Below, piece after piece: positions 1-12,071 of a DNA stretch of 64,000 nucleotides (positions are counted from its first letter, which is position 1; each line of letters opens with the position of its first letter). Where the stretch lies: NCBI GenBank assembly GCA_977862235.1, contig OZ374561.1:1612001-1676000 (forward strand), in the 5' to 3' direction. The DNA is from Dudresnaya verticillata. Taxonomy: Eukaryota. Both the position numbers and the translations under genes were made by a program. Under the pieces are notes generated by a model. It was not told the origin of the DNA. It saw only the letters and a list, made by a program, of their open reading frames with translations, and ran no database searches.

Positions 1-1206
1 ACAGAACCTGAAGTGCTCGCAGACACATCTAGTGACGCTGCCACCGCGCTAGCCAATTCCGAGAAGGATTTTGTAGGCAGAACATAACTCGAGCTAGTTT
101 CTAGTAGCGACGTCCATGGGGTCGGCCGGCGCTTGCTGCGACGCTCGTTAACACCGATTTTGTCAATACTCACTAGCTTGCTCCGGGCTTTATGACATAC
201 TTGCCAAAGCAGATTCCGAAGCGTTCGGAGTTGTGCACCAAGATGCGGAAGGGGTCTAGAATAGTCTGAAGGCGAGAGTGATGCAAGTGTGCTGACTGAC
301 GCTACTGCGCTCGGCAAGCTTCATAATTGTGACCCCCTTGGTGCTAGCACCAGCTGGTGAGACGCTTTGCCGGGCTTGCTACCGAAACTGTTGGGGAAGC
401 CGAAAGCAGCTGATAGAGGTTCTTTGGACTGCACTTGAGCTTGGTGATCCACTTGGAGTCACGCTTTGCGAACCAACTATCGAGATTGTGGGGAATGCAG
501 AGATCGACTGGGGGGTGCTTGGCTTTACAATAAAAGCTGACGCTAACACTCTCGGGAAAGTGGTGGATTGTACCGGGCTTTGAGATACACTCATTGAAAC
601 GGCTGAAGTGGACGGTGTACCCAAGTAGGTCTCATTCGGGGACGGTATTTTGCTAGAAGACTCTGGTGGTGAAGCTAACACTAACACACTGCCCAGTGGC
701 GATATGGTCGGCGATGCGCTCGGTGGCTCACTCGCCGATGTAGATTTCGAGGCGTCGGGAAACTCCGACTCGAGTTGAGTTGAGCTTTTGCTGCGGCATT
801 ACCGAGGCTCTCACTCCCGGACTTGGAGAGCTTGCCACCTGCGCAGAGCTTTTATGCGCGCTAGCCATCGCAGACACAGATTGAGAAGGGTCAGTCGACC
901 AGGTGCTACTCGCAGACGGAGTTGCGATAAAGGATTCAGTTATTGTTAGTGCTTACGGCCCCCTGGTAGATGAAATCTCAACTCCGTCATGGTAATGGGC
1001 TTAGTGAGGCGCGTGGGAATTAGACGAAGAGGGGGTGGCAGTGATCATTTCGGGGATTGCCACATTGGCAGTCCGTCCCGTCGCGGATAGAATCGCGACT
1101 GAAGACAAGCGGGAAGGTCGTTCATTAAAGAGTTCATCAGTCTCAGTAAATTTACTCAACCCCGTTTTCTACTCTATCTATTCACTGCTATCATTTGACA
1201 TTCTCA

Positions 1207-1521
1207 CTACACTATTAACTCCTCTTCATCTTCGCTGCTTAAGGGGTTCGTGCAGCTCCACAGCTCCGCGCACACCGAGCGCACAGCTCTGGCGACAGCC
1301 GTCCTAACCTCCGTCGCTTCCCGCCTCAAGTGGCGGTAGCAGTGCATGAGGAATTCGAATTCCTCCATGTACTCGCGAGCCTCCCTTAAACAGTCCTTCA
1401 CGATGTCGCGCTGGGCGCGCACATCGATGCGAAGTAGTACCACTTGTTCATATGCTTGTCGGATTGAGTTGCTGGTCATGGTAGGTGTTGGCTGTGCAGG
1501 GGGACGCAGGTCGACTTCCAT
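1207..1521 (-). CDS. Small hypothetical helical/coiled-coil protein (104 aa, acidic C-terminus)
   Basis: ATG-initiated ORF with an amphipathic L/V/R/E pattern; similar in style to the ORFs at 11257, 11600 and 16424; no family recognised. Confidence 0.35.
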   Translation of the reverse strand: MEVDLRPPAQPTPTMTSNSIRQAYEQVVLLRIDVRAQRDIVKDCLREAREYMEEFEFLMHCYRHLRREATEVRTAVARAVRSVCAELWSCTNPLSSEDEEELIV

Positions 1522-2028
1522 CTTTAATTATGTGGACTGTGGACTGTCGCAAACACAGCCGGTCACCTGGTGGAGTTGGAACAAGTATCTCAGCAGGGGT
1601 TGGGCGCGTCAAGTCAAGAGATAAATGTCGACAGTAATGGAAATCCTTTACTGCTCATCTGCATGGAAACGTCCAAGTCCTGTTATTCGCTGTGAACTTC
1701 ACAAAAGGCAATGTATCATTGAACCAATGCCTCGCTCTGTGCACCTGGTACCATACGTTGCATTTGTTGGACCTCGTCTCGAAGTATTTTGGAATACTCG
1801 TATGTCACGCGGATGTCGTTACAGTTTATTTCTGGGGATGAAGATACCTGTTGCTGGGTAAAAGTTGGACAATGCGGTGCCAGCGGTTTTCTTGCAGCCT
1901 TTAATATCTGGGAAGAGGAAAAGAACCCCTGAGCTCTCAAAGCAAGGAAACGACAGACTACCCAATCGTTACTACCTTTTTTCTTTGTGGTAGTAGTAGT
2001 ACTGTTGCTAATACCTTCACGGAGCGCC

Positions 2029-2748
2029 TCATTCGTACATTCGAGTTAGATTGTTGACCTGAACTGTGCGATGCCTGACTTGCAGCAACCGCATCTCCCT
2101 TGCGGTGTTTTCATTCATCTCTACATATCTGCTCTTGAGTAATAGACTGCAGAACCGGTCCAAATGAAAAATCTCTTCTCCAGCCCCGTGGACTGTCTCA
2201 GATATATAAGATTCCAGTAACAGAGCATTTTCCCCTGCATAGCTTCCCTCCTTCACCATTCGGACTTTTCGGCGTAGTAGGCGATACAATTCGCTAAGAC
2301 TCCTTGTCTCGTGTCTGTGGTTTCGCGCTTCAGCGTGCGACAGATTCTGGAAGAAACGTTGAAAAGCTTCACTGTCCCTGCCCTCGACAAGTTCGATGCC
2401 TGATTCACTCAAAGCTTCGTGAGCCCACTGCCTCGACTTTCGGGCCATCTTCATGGACAAACTCCCGTGAAGTGTTTTGAACACGGAATCAAGGCGATCC
2501 TCAATTGACTCGTCCTGGCATTTTCCATCGAATGGTACCCCGTCGCGATCCACGCTAACAATAGACATGGTTGGTGAAATGTTTGGTTGCATAGACGAGG
2601 AGTGCTTTGTGCAACATGCAACAGTATCCTTGCTGCAGCAACTATGTTTCATATGACCCGTAAATCCAGCTATAGCAGAGTTTAGCATAATGATCGTTCG
2701 CTTCTCTACTTTCCTACGCCATAGCGTAATATCGTAAGCCATAATCAC
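2029..2748 (-). CDS. Hypothetical protein, possibly decayed or transposon-associated
   Basis: 239-aa ORF with globular-protein-like composition; no motif recognised. Confidence 0.3.
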   Translation of the reverse strand: MIMAYDITLWRRKVEKRTIIMLNSAIAGFTGHMKHSCCSKDTVACCTKHSSSMQPNISPTMSIVSVDRDGVPFDGKCQDESIEDRLDSVFKTLHGSLSMKMARKSRQWAHEALSESGIELVEGRDSEAFQRFFQNLSHAEARNHRHETRSLSELYRLLRRKVRMVKEGSYAGENALLLESYISETVHGAGEEIFHLDRFCSLLLKSRYVEMNENTAREMRLLQVRHRTVQVNNLTRMYE

Positions 2749-3124
2749 ATGCTACTCTTCGCTGGAGACCATGTACTTCCACCGACAGCGCTATCCCAGT
2801 AGAAGTCCACAGCGTAAAAGTTGCATCATCGCTCGGTCCCATTTCCGCAGCAACTTCTCTTTCACAATGTCGGATCTGCAGAGTTCCATCGAAGTGTAGC
2901 TCTTGCAGAGCATGGGATGAATGTCGAGCGGCATGGAAGATCTGCCAACAAGCATCTACAAGAATGATGCATTCACGGCCCCGGTAAAGTAGTAGCGAGG
3001 AGGGTCGGGTGACAGTACTGTGAGAATATCGAGAGCTTCGATTTGCAGGTAGGTGCACTCGCGCAATACACTTGCGTCTCATCGCGGGACGAGTGCCCGC
3101 AGTTCCGAAATTACTGCAATCGCG

Positions 3125-3410
3125 AGAAAACCTATCCAATATTATGGAGAATGACCAACAGCTTTTCGGAAAGCCGCACGTAAATTTCTATTAAACAGCA
3201 CATACACTGTACGAGATCTGAAAACCTATCATAGGTTTTCCGAAACGCGAGTGCTCATGTGCTGTTTAATAGCTTTTTGAATCTCACTGGTCGAAAAGCT
3301 GTTAGAGGTTTTGCGATTGCCTCGGGCCAAACACCGTTTTGATAGAAACTATACGTTTGCTCGACCCCAGGACCTATTCCATATTATGGAGAATGCAAGA
3401 TAGCTTTTCA
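3125..3410. repeat. ACCTAT/ATAGGT motif array 1 (imperfect palindrome plus direct repeats)
   Basis: Central AAAACCTATCATAGGTTTT (3221-3239); arms CTATTAAACAGCACAT/ATGTGCTGTTTAATAG and AACAGCTTTTCG/CGAAAAGCTGTT; direct repeat ACCTATnCnATATTATGGAGAATG at 3130 and 3372. Confidence 0.8.
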
Positions 3411-4118
3411 GGTCGCGCGGCATAACTCTCCAGGATTTTTCCACGAGATTTATCGCTGAGTCCCTTCTCGGACTTTTCTTTCGGAAAACCTGGGTCCCTC
3501 CACCCGTCCGGTTGTTGGCCAGCGCCCTCCCAAACGCAATCGCAACCAAACCGCCGCGTTTCGCTTCAACCGCCTTCCGCCCGCCCCCCGCGACTGGCGT
3601 CAGGTCGCGCCCCACCGCACCCCACCGACCCGCACAACTACTGTGCTTCCCGTCGCACTGCCGCACCACGCCCCCGAAGCTATTTTGGGGTCTTTTTATG
3701 CGTTGCATGCAGCCCAGATGGAAAGCATATCGCCACGGGCGGTGAGGATGATCTGGTTTCGATCTGGTGCAGAAAGTTGTGCGAACACGTCTGGTCGAGG
3801 GCGAGGTGCTCTACATAGGAGTATAAAACTTCCATCGATTGCCGCCTCTGTGGTTGATGCGCCAGCGACCGCACTTTGGTCAGGGCGGCTTGTCGTCGCC
3901 ACACTTCTCGGTTAGGGTTCGAATGGAGGTATTCCCATGCGTTGATCGCCGTATGGAGCGCTTTCAAGACCGCGCCACGGAAAGCTTGCTCGCGAAGAAG
4001 AAGCTGCGATACTGTCCGCCTCGCAGTGGCCAGGAGCAATGGGAGATAGGTGTTACTTTTCTATTGCTACCGTTCCTGCTGATCACGCTGATCTTGCTCA
4101 CCGTCGTCGTGTGCGTCA

Positions 4119-4930
4119 GTGTGTGGGCAAGCGTGTTCCGACGGCAACTCTTTAAAGTTACTCACGGCCACACGCCAAAGGAGGCCGGAAGCGGCTCTGC
4201 TCGCCGGGACAAGCTGCGAGCTCTGCGAGCTGCGAGCTCTGCGAGCAACGCACATACCGCGGCACATAGAAAAGCGACCTCACTCTACGAGGAAGCCCTC
4301 AAGCTCTTCCTGCAAGCTGTTCCGCCGGTAGCTTTGCATGCGTCGCCAAACCCGGATGGAAGTCGATTCGTGACTGCTTCAAGAAAATTGTCGCCGAAAC
4401 GCGCAACGCCAATAAGCAGAACGAGGCTGCTTCTGGAATAATAGAGGATGTTGGGGAACGCGAGATGCTGTTAGACGATCTCATCCTGGCGATGGATGAA
4501 ATGGAAGAGCAACGAAAGCAAGAGCGCGATAACCAAGCGGACGCAGAACAACGCATCTCTGCGGCTGGAGAAACGATTAGGCATGCTGCACTTCACAGAG
4601 AACCCCTGCAGCGCATAGCTGAGACTGATGGTGACGGTGAATTGCCTTCTGCCCCCGCGTCTGTGCGGAGGTCGCGCGCAAGGTACGAATCTGATAATGA
4701 TGACCGCCAGGTCATGATGGACGAAATGGTTCGGCGTTGAGAGGTGGAGTCAATACGGCTCAAGTTGGAGGAAGAGCGTTTCGAACTAGAGCGGAAGCGC
4801 TAGGAGCGGCAGCAGATCGAAGCTCAAGAGTCTTTGCACCTGCAGAAGCGCCGCCTCGAGTTGGATGAGATGAGAGGCGCTGTGGGGGTAGAGGAACGAA
4901 GCAATCGATTCAGGAGCGGAAAGGCTTAGT
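4119..4930 (+). pseudogene. PIF/Harbinger accessory (Myb/SANT-like) protein, decayed
   Basis: One frame reads WKSIRDCFKKIVAETRNANKQNEAASGIIEDVGEREMLLDDLILAMDE followed by an E/R/K coiled coil with in-frame stops; convergent with the HARBI1-like nuclease, as expected for two-gene Harbinger elements. Confidence 0.6.
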
Positions 4931-5192
4931 GGATGTGCTTGCAGAACTTGCGGCGAAGATTCCGTAAAGTGTCTGCTTCTATTCTGGTCGCAAATGCGCT
5001 TTCCAACGCCTTTGACGTCCCGCAAGTGGTGTCAAATCGCTCCGTCACCCCCAAAACGCGCGATTTCCCATGTCCGCGCGCCGAGCGAGGCGAGTGCCGA
5101 GCGGAGCGAGAGCGGACTTGGTCCTCACTCCTCGTCCGTTTGTGCTTCGCGCGGGCGGTCGAGGAGTGTAGTACGGCTTACTTTTTTTTTTC

Positions 5193-6429
5193 CTATGGTG
5201 ATGCTACGTAAGAGTACAGTGATGGGGCTTTGCAACCAAAGTAAGATGCAACTTTTCCACCCTGTCCAGGACAAACCTCCAAGTTACAGAGCAGGGCTGC
5301 AGGCTGGTAGAGTAGTCCGATGGGTGCGGCGCGGACCTTCAGCATGCGCCTGAAATCTTGCGACGACCACATTTGCTTGATATCCTTGTACTCCACTCCA
5401 CCCCTTCACGCAAAGCACTCATGCTCGTGTTGTATGCGGCCTGCTCGGGCGTCGCCGTTATGAGCGGAAAGGCTGTTTGTAGCTAGGGACGTAGAATGTA
5501 CGCCGCATCGCCATAAATATAGTACTGCACGCCATTTATGACCATGTTACTCCCCATAATTGTTCCAATACCGCTCTTCCGGAGTAGTGTGAGATCGTGA
5601 CGGCGTCCTTCTTCAGGACCATGCAGGTGAAAGATCAACCCATCAGGGGTTTCTATGGTCTGATAAGACAAGCAATGCTTGCGCATGTGACCGGAATAGC
5701 AGCAACGCTGCAAGCTTCCATCTCCTCCTGGTCTGCACATGTCTATGTTTGTGCAATCTATGAAACCCACGCAGCTCGGCAGAGGGGCACCTGTTGCTGT
5801 AATTGCAGCCCCGTAAACGGGTGCCTTTGTCGCTAACAGCCCCATCCTGAACGCTGTTAGCAAATGCCCTTCGGTTTCTATGAAGCACTCAAGCTGTTCC
5901 CAGAAGATCTCACTCATCTTACTAGCCCTCATTCCAAACCTGTGCTCGAGATAATACCGTCGACAGGGGGTGGCGAACTTACGCAGAACAATACAACATG
6001 CCGTTATGCTGTCACACCTGTACCTGCATCGCGTTGGGGTCTCTCCATGCCAATGTATCAGTTGCGCAACTCGAGGGACTTCTGCTGTCTTAAATCGGAA
6101 CGCCGAAAGCGCCTCAAGCTCGCTGTATGCGTTGAGGTTGAAGCTCGCCGACGAGATCGGCATGCTCCGGATGTTGATCTTCCAGCCATCTCGTTTTCCC
6201 TTGCTCATCTTCTGCAGAATACGGTACTGCAGGAGTGGGTTGCTCTCCCCGATAATGCCCGGCCGTAGCAGCCATTTCCTCCGCTTGAGCTTGCGCCGGA
6301 CAGCCCCGATGGTGTAGTCCATCTGGCGCATTTCAGATTCTGCGCAGCTCTGGTACAAGCGCCTCCAGAATTGGAACCAGTAGCCCCTCGCTCCACTCTA
6401 CGGGAAAAATTGAAAAGCGTCTCAAACAT
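5193..6429 (-). pseudogene. PIF/Harbinger DDE transposase (HARBI1/DDE_Tnp_4-like), disrupted
   Basis: Motifs CVGFIDCT, YSGHMRKH, PDGLIFHLHGPEEGRRHD, YIYGDAAY; stop at 5483; C-terminal part (YKDIKQMW) continues after a further disruption. Confidence 0.9.
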
Positions 6430-7479
6430 GGACAGCGTCTAGGCTCTCTTCCTCCGGGTCTCAATTGGTCAGAGGACATACTATATGCCCCCACACAGGC
6501 TCAGAAAGCTGCAAGCACTCTTGAGAATCCCAACTCCCCCCATCGCCGCCGACAGCTACAACATTCCCTAGTACGCCGGCTTCAACAACTCTGCTATTCC
6601 ACTACCCCAAAAGAGTCCTGGGCTGCAGCATCAGCGCTCCACGCCGCCAAGATATCGGGAAATGATGGCTTGCGGAATACGATCCTCTCCCCACAAACGG
6701 CCCCCCAAATTCACCGAGCCAAATTGCAACCTGGACGCGCATACTGGCCGGGACCCGGCCGGCCCCTGTCTACACTTCAACACACTTTGCGCCGCCCCTG
6801 AAATTGCAATACACCGCTCATCGAGGCGTGTTGGGGTTGATGGGCGACGCGATATGCCATGCGCAGTAGAGTTCGTGCGCGGCGGGATGGGGTGGGGATG
6901 TTGGCAGCGGCGGGGCGTGTTTGGGTTGATACGCGATGCGATATGCCATGCGGGGAGGAGGTGCTGTGCGAGGAGCGCGCCGCAGTGGACCTTGGAGTGG
7001 AATGATGGGCATGGGCAGGGGTGGTACTGGTACCAGCACGTGAGTGCGTGAGCGCCGCGCACGACTGGTTTGCCCCCAGATTTACCCTGGCAGTCAGGCA
7101 GTACCAGTCGTGCGGGGCGGCACTGTGCCCTTGAACACAGCTCAGGGCGGGCCGGGGATGCGGCGAGCGGGGCCAAGCGTGCTGAAGCACGAGCGTTGGT
7201 GCGCTGCCAGGCGCGCCCGGAAGGGCAGCAGGCGGCAGTGCAATTTCTGGGTAAATTTTAACTCGGAAACTCCGAAACTTTCGAAACTTTCACGAAAGTT
7301 TCGGGGACATTTACCCGTATGTGCGGCATGCTGTAACTCCGCAACGCGCGTGATATCGCAAAACAGATTACACCATTCTTCTCCGCTCCCTCTCCCCAGT
7401 CCAACAACTTATAAAAATCGCCATTCTACGAACCTTTTTTTCAGTCTGATTCGGAACACAGATTCTGAAAATCCGGAAA

Positions 7480-8279
7480 TCTGTGTTCCTTTCTCCCACT
7501 TTCGCTACTTCAAATTGTCCAGATCGGAACTGGACTCCGGCTCTACTGCATCTTATTATAAGAAGAAGTTTGAGGTACGAGTGGGTTGCAAGGATTCGTG
7601 GAAGGCGTTGAAAACAAAGGGACCTCAACAAGGTTTCTTGCTATTCCCACCCGAGCTGGAAAAGACACTTGCCACTGTGATAATCTCCCCTCCAGATAAA
7701 GACGAGGTAAGCAAGCGCTTACGCTCAGAGGAGCTACGAATCAATGACTCCGCCAAGCTAAAGGAGTTACGAAAATTGCGTGATGAGGTCTTCCGCGATC
7801 GCGAGGAGCCTCTGCATTGGGACCTGACAAAGGTATTCGAGAAGAAGGGTGTATATAGAAATTTGGAGCAAGTTGTTGAAAGCGATGGTGAACTGGGGGA
7901 GGATGCAGATAGAGACTCCGAGGAGCAGGATGACGCTGAGCACGAGACTCAACGTGTTGACTTGACGTATGGTGTCAACCGTTTCGTCGTCCTGAACATT
8001 AAGGATAATAATGTGCCTTTCTGGATCGCGCAGGTGCAGGGCTGGAAGAAGGATAGCGCGGCTGTCGTCTGCACCCTGTCAATCAGGTGGTATGAGGTTG
8101 GTTCAGGACAGGACGCGTGGGACGGTAAATATCGCCTTTCTGTCTACGACAGAACCAAGAAGGCATGGACTGACGATGTTGATGCCGCGTCTGTCCTCGT
8201 TGAGTTTGAGAAGCTGTCTAATAGATGCCTGCCCCAAGCTGTTAAGAACAAAATACTAGACTCCCTACAGAAATCTTAA
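7480..8279 (+). pseudogene. C-terminal fragment of a probably transposon-associated protein with a BAH-like beta domain
   Basis: The distal part of the 411-aa ORF looks coding (FWIAQVQGW...LSIRWYEV); the N-terminal part runs through GC-rich, non-coding-like sequence, so a 5' truncation is likely. Confidence 0.4.
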
Positions 8280-8808
8280 CACGACAGGCCATAAAGCAGT
8301 TTACGATTCTGGTGGATCATTCGGAGTCTTACTCATATCCAAGAGAGCCATCAAGATGGCTAAGGTCTGGCAGCTTGCGCATTGAGCTGCTGTTGCATTT
8401 GCGGTTGGCGGCTGCGGCCGAGCGCGTGTTGGGAGAGTAGCGTGGCTCTTCTCGCAGTTGCGAGTTACACGGTTGGCGTAATGGGACACCCAAAACATGA
8501 ACGATCCGGAGATAGTGCCGGGTAATGCCCGCGACGGAAACTATTCGTGCTTTTAGTACACACATATTGTTTTGAGCACGACACAACACTTTCTCAACCA
8601 CCACCTTGGCACATCCATACCTCTTTATCGCAATCAACAGGAACAACTCGTTTCTTACAACTTGCTCGTTGCGGTTACAAGACCTGTATTGCAAAACGTT
8701 TAGTCTCTCTAGATGGTCGCGTCACATGCGCATAGCAAGCGACATTACCGTCCTTCCACTAGACGATACCCTCGTCTCAATAAGATGACATTTCATGCGG
8801 TCATTGTC

Positions 8809-10017
8809 TCATCTCATGGACTGCGGATCTACCACGGTGGGTTGCACGACCTCGCGGTCAGGGAGCACTCTCCACGTCACAGCACTAGTCGCTTGTGACT
8901 TTGCAGTAGTCCTTAATTCTTCACTGTCCTCTGAAGCGGCGTAGATGGTGAGGGAAGGATGGTCCTTCGCAGCTTCGAAGAGAGCATCAAATACGCTTGG
9001 CTTGGCGAAAAACGCAATGTAAGCCTTCTGGTACGTATCCACCCGCACTCCCCCATCCAACAGTGACATCGCTCGAAGGAGCAGCGTTAACGCGAGGCTG
9101 CGAGTTGATCGTTAGGATACCATTCTTGTGCAGCGACACCAACGGCGCTGATATGACGCTAGTTCCCTTGGCAGCTCCTCGGTTTCAGACCTTGGGAGGC
9201 GCTTGAGCTCTTCCTTTTGATACCGCGTAAACACATCTACAACGTCCTCAAACCTTTTCAACTCACCATGCCACCTGTCAGCATCCTTTCTATGAGATGC
9301 AGAAGACCATCCACAGCCGCCCAGCAGATGATATTCACCAAGATGGCCATATGCTGGAGGCCTGTTGTCTCCCCAACGTCCATTCGGACAGTCGTCCCAC
9401 GTCGACGTGCCATCAAGATACGATCTGGGACGGTTTACCCAAAACTTTGGTCGCACATTCTCCTGACGGTGCTTGTCCATTGTAGCCGGGCGCTATGGGA
9501 GTGAACGAATGGACTCGGTTTGCGGGTTTAGGTCTAGCTTGTCGATGGTGCCCATTACAGACTCTTCCAGGTTAAGCGAATACAAATGAATACCTGGGGA
9601 CAGGCCAGACTTGAGAATGCGGTGCCGCGCGGCACATATTTACACCAAGGTGGAAACCAAACGGCTTGACTGCGACGTCATCATCCTTGATCGGCTCCAT
9701 AGCCTCAAGGATTGCTTGCGGGACTTTTGTTCTGCCGAAGCCTGTCATTCGCTTGAACCTGGTGTAGTTCTGAATGGGCAGAATTCCGGGCAGAATCGGC
9801 ATGGTAATACCCTCATCGCGGCAACACCTGACGAGCCTGAGGTAGCAAGCAATCTATGTCGTAGAACATCTGAGTAATGATGAAGTCTGCACCAACGTCA
9901 ACCTTTTCCTTGAGTTAGGCCATCTCCTGATCAAAACACATCTTCCCGTCCAAGAACCCGGCTGGATGACCCTCTGGGTAGCCCGCGACGCAGATGCCAA
10001 AGTAGTCATCGTAACGA
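8809..10017 (-). pseudogene. MTHFR: Methylenetetrahydrofolate reductase (eukaryotic type) internal fragment, degraded
   Basis: Collinear motifs DYFGICVAGYPEGHP, KVDVGADFIITQMFYD, PILPGILPIQNY, RPKFWVNRPRSY..TWDDCPNGRWGD, YQKAYIAFF and REVVQPTVVDP; frameshifts, stops and deletions present; both termini missing. Confidence 0.9.
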
Positions 10018-10530
10018 TAAGATCATTCTGACGACCCGCGCTTCAACCGACGGCGCCGAATGCTTCGACAGGATCACCCTTTACCCCACCAGGACGACAT
10101 AGTAGCCGAGAAACGGCCAGAACGCGTGCTGCGCGGCATGAATGCCGGCGGGGCGGCGGTGAGGGCATTCGACGCTAATTATACGGGGCAGCAGTCGGCC
10201 ACGACACTGGCGCACGGCCATCTATTGCGCGCGCGCCCAGGCGCGTTCAGTGACGAAGACGACTGCATGAAGCAAAGCCGCGTGGGCGCGGCGACGGGGG
10301 AATGTATGGTGCGGGAGACCACGCGCGCTCAGCGGGGCGGCAGACTTCGACCACATCAAGTGGTCGTCGGGGCGTCGCTGCGAGTGCAGCATGCTCAGCT
10401 CGGCACAGGCAGCGTAGGTGTGTATTTGATGCGGAGGGCGACGGTTTGAGCAGGGATGCAGCTGGAGCTGTTATGATGAGTGTCATATCGACCGCGTGCT
10501 TTCAGCAAGGGGGGTGTGACTCCAAGATGT

Positions 10531-10872
10531 CCGGATAGGTTTCTGCGAATGCGAGCCGCCAGGACCTATCCGGCAATATCGATATTAGTTTTTAGGTTTT
10601 CTCGACCCGGCGACGCAAAAACATTTCTAATAGGTATTCTGGTTGCGTGCTTACAAATACCTATAAAGGTATTTCTGACGCGCCGACAGCAAAACCTATT
10701 CCAATAGGTTTTGTGAAAGTGATTTGGAAAATACCTATATACGTATTTCTGGATTCAGTGTAGAAATACCTATTAAACAGATATTCGATCTCGCGCGCCG
10801 TGGCAACCTATTCGTCAATATTGATATTAGTTTTTAGGTTTCTGCAAGGTCGTGCTGTGAAAACCTATCCGG
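10531..10872. repeat. ACCTAT/ATAGGT motif array 2, bounded by a perfect 12-bp inverted repeat
   Basis: CCGGATAGGTTT at 10531 and AAACCTATCCGG ending at 10872; internal palindrome AAAACCTATTCCAATAGGTTTT; direct repeats ACCTAT..CAATAT.GATATTAGTTTTTAGGTTT at 10564 and 10806. Confidence 0.8.
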
Positions 10873-11256
10873 GGCTCCCGGGGCTCGGTCGTACACAGTC
10901 CGCCGCCTGCCGGCGCTCGTCGCCCGATTTGTGCGTGCACCTCGCGCACCATGCCGCGCACCATCCACACTGCCGCTAGTTCTTCTTGTTCACGCCGAGG
11001 CTATCGTTGCTGACCCCGCGCCGGGTTTAGAGCCGGCGCCCATGTGACGCAGAAACGCTCTCGCATGGCCAAATTACCTGCGCACAGCGCACAGCGCACA
11101 GCGCAGGGAGTCGTCCTCCGCGGCATTACCGTCAAGCACGGATACGGGCGCGTGTCGTGATGTTCGAGCGTGAGACGACATGGAAAGATGCAATACAGCG
11201 CAGTTTACATTTCAGTTTCTGGCGAGGCACAGGACTACTCTAAAGATTGCCGATGG

Positions 11257-11541
11257 CTACACATTTCCGATATCCCCCCCTCCATCCGAACCGGGGTTCT
11301 GTTCGTTCTGTGCTGGACCATACATTCTGTTAATCGCCCTGTATAGGGCACTGACTCTCCCCCTAATGCTCCTCAGCGCGTTCACAGCTCGTCTGCCTTC
11401 TCCATACACAATCTCCCTCACGGCTTGTGCCACGGCCCGAAGTTGCTCATCGAGATAGTTTGCCCTCGTTTGCAGTTGTCGAACCTGCACACGGAGGTCG
11501 TCAATCTCAACTCTCAGCTCCTGGAGTGTTTGACGCGTCAT
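11257..11541 (-). CDS. Small coiled-coil hypothetical protein (94 aa)
   Basis: ATG start and clear heptads (LQELRVEIDDLRVQVRQLQTRANYLDEQL). Confidence 0.45.
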   Translation of the reverse strand: MTRQTLQELRVEIDDLRVQVRQLQTRANYLDEQLRAVAQAVREIVYGEGRRAVNALRSIRGRVSALYRAINRMYGPAQNEQNPGSDGGGDIGNV

Positions 11542-11599
11542 TCTGATTTCTCTTCTAGCCCCTTCTCACTGGGCACGTCGGTGTGCAGTGCAATGGCGA

Positions 11600-11863
11600 T
11601 CAAACTGGATTGGCAGGCAAATGTGATTCCGGATCTGAATCCAACTCGATGTCCACCTTTTCTCTGTGATCAATTCCCAAACTTTCTTCAATGGAACGTA
11701 GTCTGTCCCGAGCCTGCCTGGCAAACCTCATCACCTGTACAACCACCTTTCCCACGCGGTTGAAAACATCGCTGTATATGGCATCCAGGCGCAGTCGTGC
11801 GTCATCAATGAACGACCTCATCTCAAAAACCTCAGCCCGAAGAGTCTGAACTTCACGCAACAT
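11600..11863 (-). CDS. Small coiled-coil hypothetical protein (87 aa), possible paralog of the neighbouring ORF
   Basis: ATG start; VQTLRAEVFEMRSFIDDARLRL resembles LQELRVEIDDLRVQVRQL. Confidence 0.4.
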   Translation of the reverse strand: MLREVQTLRAEVFEMRSFIDDARLRLDAIYSDVFNRVGKVVVQVMRFARQARDRLRSIEESLGIDHREKVDIELDSDPESHLPANPV

Positions 11864-12071
11864 TGTATTCGGTCGCGGTAATTCGGTCGCGATTTACATG
11901 TGAGGAGCTCATGGGGTATGTCGTTGTCCACGTTCCAGACATTGCAAGGCCATTGCAGCAAAGCCGCACTCGATCTGGAATAAATGCTGTAGACGGAGGA
12001 TTCTGAAAACCTCGTGCCAGGCGATTATACCCAATATGCATCTCGGAGGTTACTCTGACCGTAATATCGTA

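Noticed and set aside
1..1000. Ser/Thr/Pro-rich minus-strand ORF remnants
   Set aside because: Possibly a decayed mucin-like gene, but fragmented by stops and without an identifiable domain.
3490..6800. Terminal inverted repeats of the Harbinger element
   Set aside because: Only short, weak matches (GGGTCCC/GGGACCC) and no convincing TSD; boundaries not called.
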